From the NCBI GenBank assembly GCA_035084275.1, contig CM068743.1:73036001-73100000 (forward strand): a DNA stretch of 64,000 nucleotides. The letters run 5' to 3'. A program made the position numbers and the translations under genes. The DNA comes from Hydrolagus colliei (Eukaryota). The notes under the pieces are model-generated. The model searched no databases and was not told the DNA's origin. It worked only from the letters and a program-made list of their open reading frames with translations. Shown here one piece after another: positions 34,852-48,700 of this stretch; within the stretch, counting starts at the first letter, position 1, and each line of letters starts with the position of its first letter.

Positions 34852-35951
34852 TAATGCCATTTACCTGCCTTTTCTCCACACACATTAACATGTAGTTTAT
34901 CTTGCTTTCTTTCAAAATGCTCATTTCGTTCTGGCTGTATACTGCCCTATAGGGCAGCACTTTTTTACATCCTCACAATACTCCCTCCATGTGATAAAAT
35001 GTTTCCTTATCTCCAATCTCACTAGTTTAGCACTGATGTTTGAAATCGTTCCCCCACCTCGTTTTATATTCCTGCACCACAGGGAAGAGGGGCTACCCAC
35101 TGAGAAGCCAGTGCAACTACCTAATCCAATGTACCATCAGCAGTTTACATCCTAATGCATCCTAAATGTATTATACACTCATTTCGCTCATAATAAAATC
35201 TTTGGAAACATTTTACAGATTGATATGGTTCCATATCAACTGCAAACAAGGAATATTTGTACATTGTATTCACTCAATAAAATCAGTCAAGTTGATTTTA
35301 TCTAGTGATCCTATGTAATAGAATGCCTTGGTTTCCTCTCGATATGCAGAGTGCTGAAGTGGAGAATAAGCACAATAAAAAAATCCAATCCCCTCGCCTT
35401 GCCCTCTTTCCCCCTTTCTCTCCTAACCCCACTTCCACAACTGTTTGTGGAACACTGCTGTGTGCAATTTGGCTGCCGCGTTTCGCCCACAAATATACAG
35501 TCAATTCTCCTACTCTCCTTCATCCTGCCCCAAACCCTCCCCATTGCTCTTGTCCCTGCCTGACTGTACAGTGCCTTGGGACGTCCTCTCGACGTGAAAG
35601 GCGCTATATAAATGTAATTTTTGATTGATTGATTGATTGATTAGTGCTGCACCTCCACTCTATTCCAGTGAAGGTGAACCCACTTTTTTTAAAATCGCAC
35701 GCATACAGTAGTACTAGCATAAATACTCTCCTGGTCTATTGTATGTTCTCTATACACGCTCCGTGTTCTTGACATACTATAATAGTGGGATACCCAGAGC
35801 TTTACACAACAATGACGATCTACATTTATCCCGTGTCTTTCACTGCAGGAAAAAAGCATCACAGAGCTTGTTGGGAGCCTGAGAATGGGAGTTGTGTTGG
35901 GGAGCTGAGGAAAGCAAGGGGACAGGTGTCTGAAAGCACAGTTGACCAGAT

Positions 35952-36265
35952 ATAATAATAATCCTTGCATTTGATATAGTGCTTTTTCACGTCTTCTGGA
36001 CGTCTCAAAGCACTTCACAGAGTATACTGTAAAGTGAATTGACTGTATATCTGTGAGTGAAATGTGGCAGCCAATTGCCCACAGCTGTGTCCCACAAACA
36101 GTCGTGGATTGAAATTACCAATTTTAGTATTGTTTTTTTTGAGGGATTATTATTAGGGGTGTGGAGTAAGGAAACTGCCCAAGGTTTCGCCCTGACCTAC
36201 CCGGATTCGAACACAGGTCTCACACTTGTAAGGCAAGCGCTCTAACCATTGAGCTACAGGACTCC
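35952..36265 (-). mobile_element. SINE main family, full length
   Basis: Reverse complement of the 7176-7491 type. Confidence 0.9.
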
Positions 36266-38207
36266 ACAAAGATAGGTACAGTATTAAGGTGGGTTTTGGA
36301 AGCAAATGGAAGGGAGATTGAGAGATTCGCATGATGAAGCACCAGAGAGTGAGGGTAAAGTGACTAAATACTGGCTCAACGATGGCTTCTTGCAATTGTC
36401 CACAAAATACAGTCAGTACAGTGGGCCTTTACTGTAAAGTGTTGTGTCTGTGTATTTGTTGCCTGAAGCGACAGCCAATTTGCATATAGCAAATGTATCT
36501 TTACTAATACTGTAGCAAGTGCAACAATTTCCATTAATTCTTTTCGACTATCCACTTACTTACCAGAGTTGTGTATGGAGGGGAATGTTGGGGGGTGGGT
36601 GGGGGGAACACAAGAGGAAGAGAGAACCATTTCTCTTTTTCAGTCTCTTTTATTGCAGCTTTTAAATAAGAAAGGCACTTGTAACACACTTTGTTAAACA
36701 TTCCAGCACCAAAGTAGTTTGCATCTGTTTGTATTGGGTGATCAGATCAGCTTGACTGCAACCAGTGCCAGTCTGGCGCCTGGGACCCTAATCATGCCCA
36801 CAGTTGACTGCTCTGCAGGCAAATAAGATGGAACAAAGCCCACGCCTGTTCTTCCCTGTGTTGCAATGTCGTAGTGTGTTCTCTCTCGATTAAACCTGCA
36901 CTGTATAATATCAATAAAAGCTAAAACCGCCATGATACTAAGGGGTATCAATCAGATGCTGGAGATCATTGCATTGCGTGCTTGTGCGTGTGAAATCCCA
37001 TTGTAGAGGCTTTTTCAAAAGGATTCTCATTCTGGGTATTACATTTCGATCGTGTTTGGAACTGCCACTGAACTCCTGAGCCGTTGTGACCGACATCTGC
37101 ACCTGATCAAGGCAGCCACACCACCGAAGTTTCTGCTTGTAGGACACAAGACAGAATTTAGAAAGACATTTTCCTTCTACTGTTTCCTCTCTCCATGAGT
37201 TGGAAGAGTTAAATGCCAGTTAATGACACAAGAGAAACCTAATACTGTATGTGGTGGTTTCTAACAGGATTCCTTGAGAAACGAAACCGCAATTAAGTCA
37301 CACTTCCAAAATAGATTAGTGCAGCGTTCCCACCAGTCGGGAGTAACAGTTTCAACTCCCAGAAGGAATTCCGCATTATAATAATAATAATCCTTGCATT
37401 TGATATAGCGCTTTTCACATCTTATTGATATTTGGTGGTCTTACAAAGGATTTTTTTTGTTAATAATAATCTTTGCATTTGACCTAGCGCCTTATCACAT
37501 CTTTGAGATCAATCATCATAGAATTTTCAGGACAAAAGGCCATTTGGTCCATCGAGTCTGAGCCAGCTATTTGAAAAGAGCAGATTCCCCAATATCCCCA
37601 ATATCTCAAAGCAATACATTAGATATGAATATAAGAAAAAACATATTTTATAGTACCAATACTGATAACACTGGAGGAATCTAATATGTGGTGATTTCTA
37701 ACAGGATTACTTAATAAACATCACAAGCCTTTACTGTCAAGTGTAGTGACTGTTTACTGTGGACAAAACCAGTGTTTGTGCACAATGAGGCCTTGCAAAT
37801 AGCCATGAGCTAAATGATCTTATCTGGAGGATCGTCAGCCAGAGCATGAGGAAAAATGTCCTTCTTTTGAATCCCAGGATTGCTAAAGCCAACCTGAAGA
37901 TGATCTCCCACCCCCCACCAACCCATTCATTGTCCTATAAAGATTGCTGTGAATTGCCAGATGAGGAGTTCTCCTGTCTGCCAAACCCATTGAGGAAGTG
38001 GTGATTCCGACTGCCAAGAGAAAGGAAATCGCATTAAATTGGGGTCTAGGTCAAGCAGAGAAATCTGAGGGAAGCAGTCACGAAAATTATACTGTGCGTG
38101 CATTAAACACTAGATTTGCTGTTCTAAGGTTTCAAGATACTGTATTTTGATTCTCCAGAGCAGAGAAATGCATCTTAAAAAATACAAAGAGTGTTTTTTT
38201 TAATAAG

Positions 38208-38213
38208 TTTATT
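38208..38213 (-). terminator. Probable ARHGAP28 poly(A) signal (about 4.5 kb 3' UTR)
   Basis: AATAAA on the - strand with upstream TGTA motifs and a downstream T-rich tract. Confidence 0.5.
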
Positions 38214-41089
38214 GGTTTTAACAGTCATGATATGTAGTAAATTACAATATACAACTGTACACATCCATAACCTTTTCTGCGCGTGGTCAGTAGCAATGGA
38301 GTATTTGAAGGCGGTTTAATAGCCCTTCTTGGAACTATTATGATACTATACACCTGGTTTGAGAACACTATTAAGCAGCATGGATGTCTCAAATATACAC
38401 ATATAATGTACATGAATGCACCCACGGAGACGGTCGCTCTGTTTATTTGGCTATAAAATGGACCAAGTAAGGATGACAAGAGATTCTACTCTGAACTCCA
38501 CCGCTACGGTAGAGATTCATCCTTTGACAATCAACTTTCAATCTTCCACACACATGCACTCATTACATACTAGGAACAAGCAGAAAAACAGACTTCATGT
38601 TGCACAGCGTTAAAGGGCAAGAGCGATTACAGATACCTTTGGTCACAAAACACAAGTCATTAACGCTGGCCACCCCCACCTCCCACCCCCAAGAATATTG
38701 CTAACCCAAAATGGCGTCGGGAAGGAATTTTGGCTTACAATCCCCATTCACTCTCAAACAAATCACAACCCATTTGCAGCAATAAAGAAACCAGCAGATG
38801 TGGTACTGTGAATCTTTTTCTCAATCTTTCAGCTTTGCATACATTGAAAATCTTTTCCTTCATATTCTGAGAGCCAGTTATTGATACTATTTCCGATTGG
38901 GCTCTAGGTTTGAGTAGTGCACATAAACCAGAATGATTTTTTACAGGATCGGGAAAGATCCAGTTATACTGTCAAACACTCATAAATCAGGACTGGCTGA
39001 GTGTAGAAGATTTCGGTTTGGGAAGAGAGTCAAAGCACAAGCAAAGTTTTGTCTTCAAAAATGTCTTTAATGGTTGCTCTCATCCAGATGATGTAGGTCT
39101 GCAACGGTGAATGAAAATGTTTCCCACTTCAGGCACTTTAGTTGTGGAATTTCTGCTGATCTCGGTCTAAAGAGGTACGCCTGAAATGTTTAAGTTGCGA
39201 CCAAAAAAATGACACTGTGCTTTTATTTGGAAGACATGAGTTTTTCACAGTTCTCGAAAAGAAACCAAATTTCCAAATTTGGCATGATCTCCAATTTTAA
39301 GACACTGGAGATCAAAACTCCACCTAAATCTAGATTTACTCAATTTTCGTAGCATTTCAGATTGTCTAGCATTTAGCAAATTCTTCAATAAACTCTTACT
39401 TTTTCATTTGTTTTCCGCGAGTTCCTTCAAGTATGTCTGATTTAAGACAGAATTTAAAAAATTGCCAAATCCTGGATTCCAAAACGCAAAGAAAATTTAA
39501 TAGATCTAGGTGCAGGCAGAATTTAAGATCATGGCATTTCTTCCTCTATGTGTTAAAGTTAAGAAGATAGGAGCATTTCAGACCTCTCATCTCAGATCAG
39601 ATTTTTGTTGTCTTTTTACAGTTATTAATGAAAGAATGACAGTGCGCTCAAAAATACAGAAACTGCAGCAAATTTGGGAAATCCCGCAAGTCAGTGGCTA
39701 GTCATTTCAACCCCTAAAGAGTGTGCTCCGATTCACCAAGTAGGAGAGGCACTTCCATGGATCGGAGTGGTTTGTGTCAGTTACCGGCAAGATTCAATGT
39801 TTAAAAAACCATAAACTAAGATTGTGATCACCCCATTTTAAACACCAAATAAGACAAAATCTGACTTTAAACTGGATTGGGAAGGGTGTGAGCATTTAGA
39901 TATACAGTAAAATATTTTGTAATTCTAACTTTCATGTGAAATCTGCTCATGCAGTGAACTTGTGGCAGCTAGGGCTTCCCAAGCAGTGAAAAAGCAGTAA
40001 CTCAGCGGGGTTGAAAATGAAATATTCACAAACATCGTGCTCATATTAATTCCTGGTTTATAATAAGCTTTGCATATGATATCACACCTACAGTGCCTAG
40101 CAACATAATTACTGTAAAGTGTATTGACTGTTTATTTGTGAATCTGCGCACAGCAACATCCCAGAACCAGTCATGAAGTGAGTGCCCAATTATACCTGTG
40201 GGATTGTTAGCCAGGAAACAGGTGGGAGAAACTCCTGTCTCAATGTTTCTGCTGCCAATATCATTGATCTTTCAGACTGGCTGGCAGTCAGCAGCATTTG
40301 CTGGTTTGCCAGCCATAAGTTCCCTGTAACTAATTGTCTAGACTCTAGAGGAATCACTTGGATTGTGTACTGGCCAACGCCTAAATACCCTCTCCTCCAG
40401 CAAATTCCAGCTGTGATCGTGAGATCGGTTACATTATCCCCATATATGTCCAACAGAGGTAGCTTTTACCGAACAGATCTTAGGAAAACACAACATTAAA
40501 AAAGTATCAACAAATAAACATATAAAAAAGTGGCTTTTGCTCCTAAACACACAGCATGCACAAACAGCGTTACAGTCTACACAGGATGGCTGGCAGGCAG
40601 CCCAGTGGGCACTGTGAAGGAAGAAAATGTTCACTAAGCAACAAGTATTAGAAACAACTGCAGCCACACAGTTACCGAATACTGTCCAAGGGTATCTTAA
40701 ATGGTATCAAAAGTAATCCACTGCAAATCTCATTCATCCATCCACATCTATCAGTGATTATTATGTCACTTGAAGATGGTACAAATTGGCAAAGTAGCAG
40801 AGATCACAGCCTCGTCCCAGTACACATAGAAACAAAGACATTTCATAGTGGTTACTTATTAAGAGTAAGAAGAGAAAGCATTTGTCTCTTCTCTCCTCCC
40901 CACCTCCCCCCAAGTCTTTAGAAACATGGTCAGTTTTCATGAAAGAACCCAGTTTTCCTACTTTTATTAAACTGTTGTTCACCCAACATTGCAGAACTGG
41001 TTATTTTCCAAACAAATACATTAAACACATCTGGGATAACCAGAGAAATCAGATATGTATATGTGCGTATATGTTCCCACCAGCACATT

Positions 41090-41210
41090 GAAACATACAC
41101 ACCCACATACATTCACACACTTACATTCACATGCTCACATACATATACACACACACACAATCATACACACATCCACAATATCACACATGTACATACACAC
41201 AATCGTGCAC
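41090..41210 (+). repeat. CA-rich low-complexity tract
   Basis: Read directly. Confidence 0.8.
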
Positions 41211-42697
41211 ACAAGGTCTAAATGCAGAGTGTCCCAGAGTGACCGATGGCACCTGCAGAACTGGGAAAGGCAAGCGATGTCTAGGAACAAACACTTGCCT
41301 CACTTTCCATTATCGTAACAGAACAAAAACAAGAAAAATATTAACCATTATACACAGAGATAAACTATTCACAATAAAAAAAAATGCTGCCCACTCCCAG
41401 ACAGGAGTCCAGCTCGTTCCTTCATTTTGTCATCATTTTGCACCATTTTTTTCACCCTCTTTTATCCTCAAAGAGTATCTAGGAGGAGGAATTGTTTGGA
41501 GGAGGAAGGCACGATACGTCCTTTCCATTTGAGCGCTGTGCAAACGCCTGGTTTGGGAGAAAGGTTGGGGTCCGAGTTTGAGTCACAAACCCATTGTGAA
41601 TTGTGTACCAGTCAGTGAGGGCATGGGCTGGGCACGGGTAACCACTCATCCCTTCCTGTAACAGCATCAATCCCATTTCATCAGAGGGAGGAATTTTGGC
41701 ACCTTCTCATTAAAAACTGTTTTTTAAATGTATATACTGTATTGATTTTTTTTTAAATCACTCCTGTTTATTCCTTTGGCCCCTGCCTTGTACTTTCTCA
41801 GACTCAAGTCTGAATGCCTTCCCTGTTTTTTTCATACACAAACAGGGGGTGGGGGAAAACACAAGAATCCCAGTTTTTGAGTCAAGTTCTCAACTGAGTG
41901 GTTCACTCAAAAGGCAGTGTTGTTTAGAATACACACACTATGATAATAATAAAAATCCTTGCCTTTTATGTGGGGAGTCTATCTCAAAAGAACTTCACAG
42001 GGTATATTGTAAAGAGTCATGACTGTGTATTTGTGGGCCAATGAAGCAAATTTGTACATAGCACAATGTACAGAGCACAATGTCCCACAAACAGCCATGA
42101 AGTGAATGAACAATTGAATTGGGCAATTAGTGGTTAGGATGTTGGGAGAAACTCCCATTGTTCCAACATTGCTGTCACACGCACCTATCTACTATATCTC
42201 CTGCATTCTACTGCACTGAGTCTTGGATTCGATGTCTGAAAATCAGGAATGGCCCCTTTTGCACTGTAGCTTTCGATTTGCAGGAGCCACTGGCTATGTT
42301 TATTCCGAGTGGCTGATCCAGGATGAAGGAAAACCTTTGTCGCTGCCTGGTGCATCATGTGGCACATTTTGTAGGTTGTGGGAGAGGCAATGTCTTCAAT
42401 AAAGCACAGAGGACATAGTTTGTTCGCCATCAAATGATAATGTAAGTTTGGGAGTCTCTCTCCTTCTGTGCCTCTCTCTCGCTTGCCATTCTTGGAGAAT
42501 TGGCCAGTAGGAAAATTCAGCAACTGCAGGTGTATGTTTTTAAAAAATCAACGTGTTGTGAACCTCAATCACAGCTTCCCACAAAGGCTCGGAAACACAG
42601 ACAAGACTGTCCCAGGCTCAGTCGCTTTCCGTAAGATTGAATTTCCTAACTCTTGTTCGTGGAATCTCACAGAACACACAGCACCCAGCCTGCAGTC

Positions 42698-42789
42698 TCA
42701 GGGTGTCCTGGGTTTAATAACCCAGGTTGCGTGGGGGTTTATCCGGTACAAGTCCAGCATGCAAGTGTTAAGATCCAGACAGCGTTCTC
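42698..42789 (-). CDS. ARHGAP28: ARHGAP28 last coding exon (ERCLDLNTCMLDLYRINPHATWVIKPRTP*)
   Basis: tgcag|; TGA at 42700-42698; matches the family C-terminus. Confidence 0.94.
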
Positions 42790-45700
42790 CTGCAGAGAAA
42801 CCAAATATTATCACATAAACAAAATTATAACTCAGATGTATATTCATGAGTGCGCATGTGTATGTGTGCCTGGCCAGGGGGAAGATGTAAAGGGAAGTAA
42901 TCTATGAATCTAACAAATTAACTTGTAAATAGCAGCTACTTCAAATAGCCAGACACATCTCAGGTCGACCCTCCAAACGCTTGCTTGGTTACTGATCTCT
43001 GTCTGACTAGGAATCTCCTTTGGTCCCATCAAGCTTCACAATGTCAGGAATAATAATAATAATAATCCTTACATTCAAAATAGGCATACGGGAGGATGTT
43101 TCAAAGCACTTCACATATTTTGTAGTGACTCCGTATTTTGTAGGTGAACATGGCAGCCAAATTGGGCACAGCCAACGTTCTTCAAACAGCCACGAAGTGA
43201 ATGGTCAATTGCCAATCAAAGTCCACCTGACCAGACATGTGTTGGCTTACAATCATGCTCCAAACTTCTCATCACATTGTCCAGGAGCAGCTCAACAACT
43301 CACAAGTATCCGGGTAGAACTGAACCGGACTGTTCCCCAGCCTCTCTTTATTTACACAAATCAAATCAGTTATTTAATTAGCCAATGGCTGAATTAATAA
43401 CAAAAAAAATCAGATGTAAATTCACCAAAAGTAAGACCTAGGAGAGCATCTCATGGGATAGGATTTTGTCTGTGTGTGTAATAATAATAATAATCCTTGC
43501 ATTTGATATAGCGCCTTATCACATTGTTGAGATGTCCCAAAGCGCTTCACTGTTAAAACGTACTTGAAACGCGGCAGCCAGTTGTACACAGCAGTATCCC
43601 ATAAACAGCAATGGTGTGAGTAAGCATTTTTTTTAATTTGAGAGATTATTGGCCAGGAGAAACTCCCTTCTGTATGCAAATAATGCTATGAGATATCTAA
43701 TGAGGCAGACAGGACTTCGGTTTAACGTCATATTTGATAAATAAGATGTTTGTGTGTGAAAATTCCTACCTATATTTCCACCAATCTCAAATAGTGAATG
43801 GATCTGTCCATGTGGGGGCTCCGTAGTGCCAGAGCTGCGGAGGGAGAAACAACAAAACATGCTTCATTCAGAGAGGTGCGCATTACTAAAGAATCCACCA
43901 CTGCCGACCCACTCAACACCCCTCACCCCACCACATTACATTATAGTTGTGAAATTCCAACTGGTCATAGCCTGTGAGAACCATATTTAAGATGGGACAG
44001 AACTGTGGAGAATTCTTGAATACAGTCATAATTTGGAAGCAGGTGTGTTTCACACTTTCTTCAAACGTTTTCCAACAGTTGGCAAATTAGGACTGAGTTT
44101 AAGAATTTTCCACAATTTCCATCTGAAATCAATTAATAGACAAAAAGAATAAAATATAAAAGGATAGGGTGGGTGGTAATGGAGGAAGGGCAGAGGACTG
44201 AGGCCAAACAGACAAGACAGAAAGCCAACACAGGCTCGAGCAGCCAAATGGACTCTTTCTGGGGCTGTACAATTCAATGGTTCTAAAGCACGTTGTACAT
44301 TGACATTGTTTAGTAGGTAAAACGTATGCAAAAAGATTTCTTATGCAAACTCTTATTCGATATGAGGAGGAACCAGAACAGGTGGATAGAGTTTTGAGGA
44401 TCGGAGGGGGTTGTGGGAGATAATAAGGAGGTTGTGTCGGAATTAGCTCAATAGCGATGGCGAATGGCCTCCCCCTCTTATAACAAGTGTTGTAAATACT
44501 CTTTAATACTTTCCGTTCACTCTCTGTCTCTGTGCAATGCTTGTTGGTGTGACAGGAAACAATCTCTCTCCCTCTTCCTCCCCCACCACCCTAGCTATTT
44601 GCAATTTCCAAGGTCGCTCACACAATAATATTGATTTCTCACTAACTCACCTGTTTTCGCATTGAAACCGAGACAGGATGTCACTGGCCTTTGTTTCGCT
44701 GTCCAGCTGGATTGCCATGGAGACCTTTGATAATTGAGTGGCATAGACACGAATAACTCCCTCTGGTATGTCCAACTGCAGACAGAGAGAGAGAGAAAGT
44801 ATCGTTTTTAAAACCATATGGCATGTTTTCTGAATGCTGTGACCTCCTAATTTAAGTTTGTGTGTGTGTGTGTAAATAGTGACTTTCAACTGCTGTTAAC
44901 CCTGCAAGACAACACCGTAATAGATATTGCAGTCTAGATGGGCATTGAATAGAGTAAAGTACAGAGCCAGGATGAACTGGATGGCCTTCTTCTCTGCTGA
45001 AAATTTATATGGTTTTATGGCTGTACATGTAGCTGGAAAATTGTCCCAACAGACACTAAGCATCTATATTTTGGCTCTTCACAACCTGCGCATAATACTT
45101 TCTGGGTTTACGTGAGTGGGGTGCGTTCCTCAGCGGAGTCTTCAGTTGGAAACAGGTTCTTCCCCAGTTCTTAAAAAGAACCAGATTCCAAATTAAGAAT
45201 GAATGTCAATTTTTTAAAATACAATTCTGTGCAATCTTTACGCCCACAAAAAACAGTCAGTCCAGATTACAGTATATCCGGTGAGCGCTTTGAGTTGTCT
45301 TCCTGACCCTACCAATTTTTATTATTATCTTAAACTTCAGATGGTCTTAAGAGTAGGTAGAGCCTCAGGCCTCTGACCTACCTCTGCCCGCTCTGGTCTT
45401 TCCCACTCCATGTTGATCATTCGCAGTATCTTTTTCACACTTTTATCCAAGCCCAGATGTTTGCGGTTGCCACTGTTCTCACTCTCATTCATCTTCCGCA
45501 CTTGAGAGATCATGAAGGACGGGATCTGTGTGGGGTGGGAAAAATAAGGGGAAGAAATCAAGTAATGAAATAATCAATAATCAAAAATAACTCCAGAAAA
45601 AGTCTTTGTAATAGTTATTTGAAAGCATCCCTTTTAACATCTCCAAACATCTGTTTAATATCTTGCAACCTGCTCCTAATACCCTCCAGAATTAGGTTAG

Positions 45701-48700
45701 CAGGGTGTGTCCCTCGAGGGAGAGCACACATATTCCGTTCCAGACACGGAACAAATTTCCACAAATAGGTGTTCATTCTTATATGGAATTTGCAGTTTGG
45801 ATACTCTTACAAACATGGTGTTGGGTTTCTGCTGGTATCAGACCTCCTGATGCGCCCCCCACCAACCCCCCAAAAAAAGATTGTTGGTTCCCTCACCGTC
45901 CACAAGATGTCCTGGTATTTGATGAGCTGTTGCACAATGTTGGCAGCATTGGTTGCAGCCTCTGCTTCCTGTTGATTTCCACTCTTCCCTTTGCACATAA
46001 AGAGGTTCGGAGCCACGATCATGGAGACATTCCACAAGCTCATTCTGTTCTTTCTCTCATTTGCTACGATTTTACTGAGAAACTCCAGGAAAGCCTGTGG
46101 TGTGGAATAACAAACAACTTCTTGTTTTATCCTTAACAGTTCAGGTGGATTGTCGCCAGGTTATAGGGTCCGAAGGCTCTCATAGCCCAGCTCAATCCTG
46201 TCCACATTATATTGGCTTAAAATTTAAGATAGTGCAGAAATGTGGAAAATTATTACATCCAGGCCTAATTTGGATATCTAGCTCCTTGTAAGAACTGGCT
46301 TGAAAATTTTAAATTGATTCCACAGTTTTGAGGGAAAATGGGTTAGGGATCGGCTAAGACTGGGTGGTATTCCAGGCCCCTGGAGGCATTCATCTACCTT
46401 TCCACCACCACCCCACATACCTTAATAGTGTCTCTATTGGGTTCAGGCAGCAACATAATCAGGAGGTGTAGAGCTTGTAACCGCAACTTAGGCTGAGAGA
46501 TATCTGAAACACAAAGAGGCACGTAAGGAAACCGCCTGCCATACATCAGTGTATTCTAACCAGTCAGAACTGCACATATACAGGCCACCTACCAGTGGAA
46601 ATTTCCCATTTGTTTGGAATGGAATATGCAAGCCTGCTCAAGATTTTTGTGGACAATTGATTACAGGCATGAGGGCAAACTCAAAATATTGGGTCCAATA
46701 GAAGATTAAGTGGGGATATAATAAAGGTCTTCAAAATTCAGGAAGATTTTGAGAGGATAACATTATTCCTGCTGGTTGGTGAATTGGTAATAGGTGGCAT
46801 AAACTCAGCATTGNNNNNNNNNNNNNNNNNNNNNNNNNNNNNNNNNNNNNNNNNNNNNNNNNNNNNNNNNNNNNNNNNNNNNNNNNNNNNNNNNNNNNNN
46901 NNNNNNNNNNNNNNNNNNNNNNNNNNNNNNNNNNNNNNNNNNNNNNNNNNNNNNNNNNNNNNNNNNNNGGTCGTACTTTGCACAGCTGAGAATGCAGGCA
47001 GGTACTCCGTGGTCAGGAGGGAGTTTGGCAGCTCACGGATGAACATCTTTAGCAGGCAGGCAGCGTCGTTCTGTCGTACTTGGTCCCAGTCGAAGGTCTC
47101 ATAAAATTTCACTTCCAGCTCCTGTCGCAGGCTCTGTGTGGAGGATAAATAATAGCCCTGTTCAGCCCAAACCCTCAAAACCATCTCAGTGATCTAACAA
47201 ACATAGTCTTCGACATTCTAAAACAATCTCACTCACTTAGAACCATAGAAATCTGATGCGGTTGAAAGCTTTTCGACACATTGTGATAGTGTTGGTCATT
47301 TGCTCTTCCAAATAAAGCAATCTCTCCGAACCCCGAATTCTCTGCTCTCTCCCAGTACACTCCAATACATTCTGGCAACTATGCAATGTGTGAGTTTTGC
47401 GTTCCCACACATTGCAACTTGTTTATCCCTTTTCCATCCATATTCTCTTTCTTCTGTGGGTTTGTTTGTCCTTCTCACTTTTTTCCTCTCTCTGCTTCTC
47501 TCTTTCTCCTTTAACCAACAGCGTTAAACCCTGAGAAATAACTATAAGGAAGCTGATTCACATGTGGGCACTGGAGAGACTAATTTATAAGTTATTGATA
47601 ATCCTTAAATTTGATATCATGCTTCAACGCTTTGTTGAGAAGTCTCAAAGCTCTTCACAGCATTTTACTGGATTTACATTTTATTTGTAAGCTAATGTGG
47701 CTGCCAATTTTCCTACAACAATATGCCGCACACATAAAGTGTATGATCAATCTTATCTGGAGAATTTTCTAGGACAGTGGGAGAAACTCTATTCTCTTTT
47801 TGAGTAGTACCATGGAATCTTCAACATCCACCTCAACAGGTAAGCAAGGACCTCATTTTGGCACCTTGGATAATGGAAGCAACCTGGACTGTGAGTTCAA
47901 AATCCTGACATGGTATTTGAACCCACAATCTTCTAACTCAGTGATGAGAGTGAACCAAAAAACTGAGCCAGGCTGATGTCCTTATTGGTCATTCGTATCC
48001 CATCCTATGGCAACACAGACAGGATGTATTGCAACATCCTGAGAATGTTAAGGCATTTTATCAAATGCAAGGATTATTATTATTTATTATTAACAACAGC
48101 CTCTCATGGAGAGGTTAACCTCTGCACACAGCCTTCAGATGCTCTTAAGAGATACGTTAACTTGTGCTTCCTGCTTTCCTTTTCTCCTCACAGGAATAAA
48201 AGCTGCTGTGTTCTATTCCCAGTCCAAAGCAAGACTGAGAACGGTGTCACGGAGGCACAGGTCCACTAGGGGTAATTTTTTTAACAATTTGTTCCAACAA
48301 ATTGGCAAGTGTTAGATTCAATTTTCTTTTCAACATTCAGCTAGTTCTTAATCCTTTCAGCCTGGGTCTGTCTCTTTTGGAAGGGTACCCACGCAGAGAA
48401 GAAAGCCTGTGTACTTATAAGGCAGCTTGAGAGCAGCCAAAAAAATACTTGGAGGATGAGTCATTTAACAGTATCTGAAGGGCCTCATGTGTCACAAATC
48501 AACACAGAAGAAGAGTAAAATAGTGACTGATTTGCTACCTACAGTAATCAAAACCTGGTTGATTCAAAAGATTGCCACGTGACATCTCTACCGCATACGC
48601 ATTGAGAATCCAAACACAATGAAACACAACCACTGAATGAGGAGAGTCTACACATTTAGAAGCTTTCAAATACACGTGAAATACAAAGGCAAGCCAACAA

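Noticed and set aside
37231-37720. About 45-nt imperfect repeat pair (37231-37282 and 37676-37719)
   Set aside because: Short, diverged local duplication with no further structure.
46738-47184. Long ORFs spanning the N run
   Set aside because: Artefacts of the gap; only 46977-47133 is exon.
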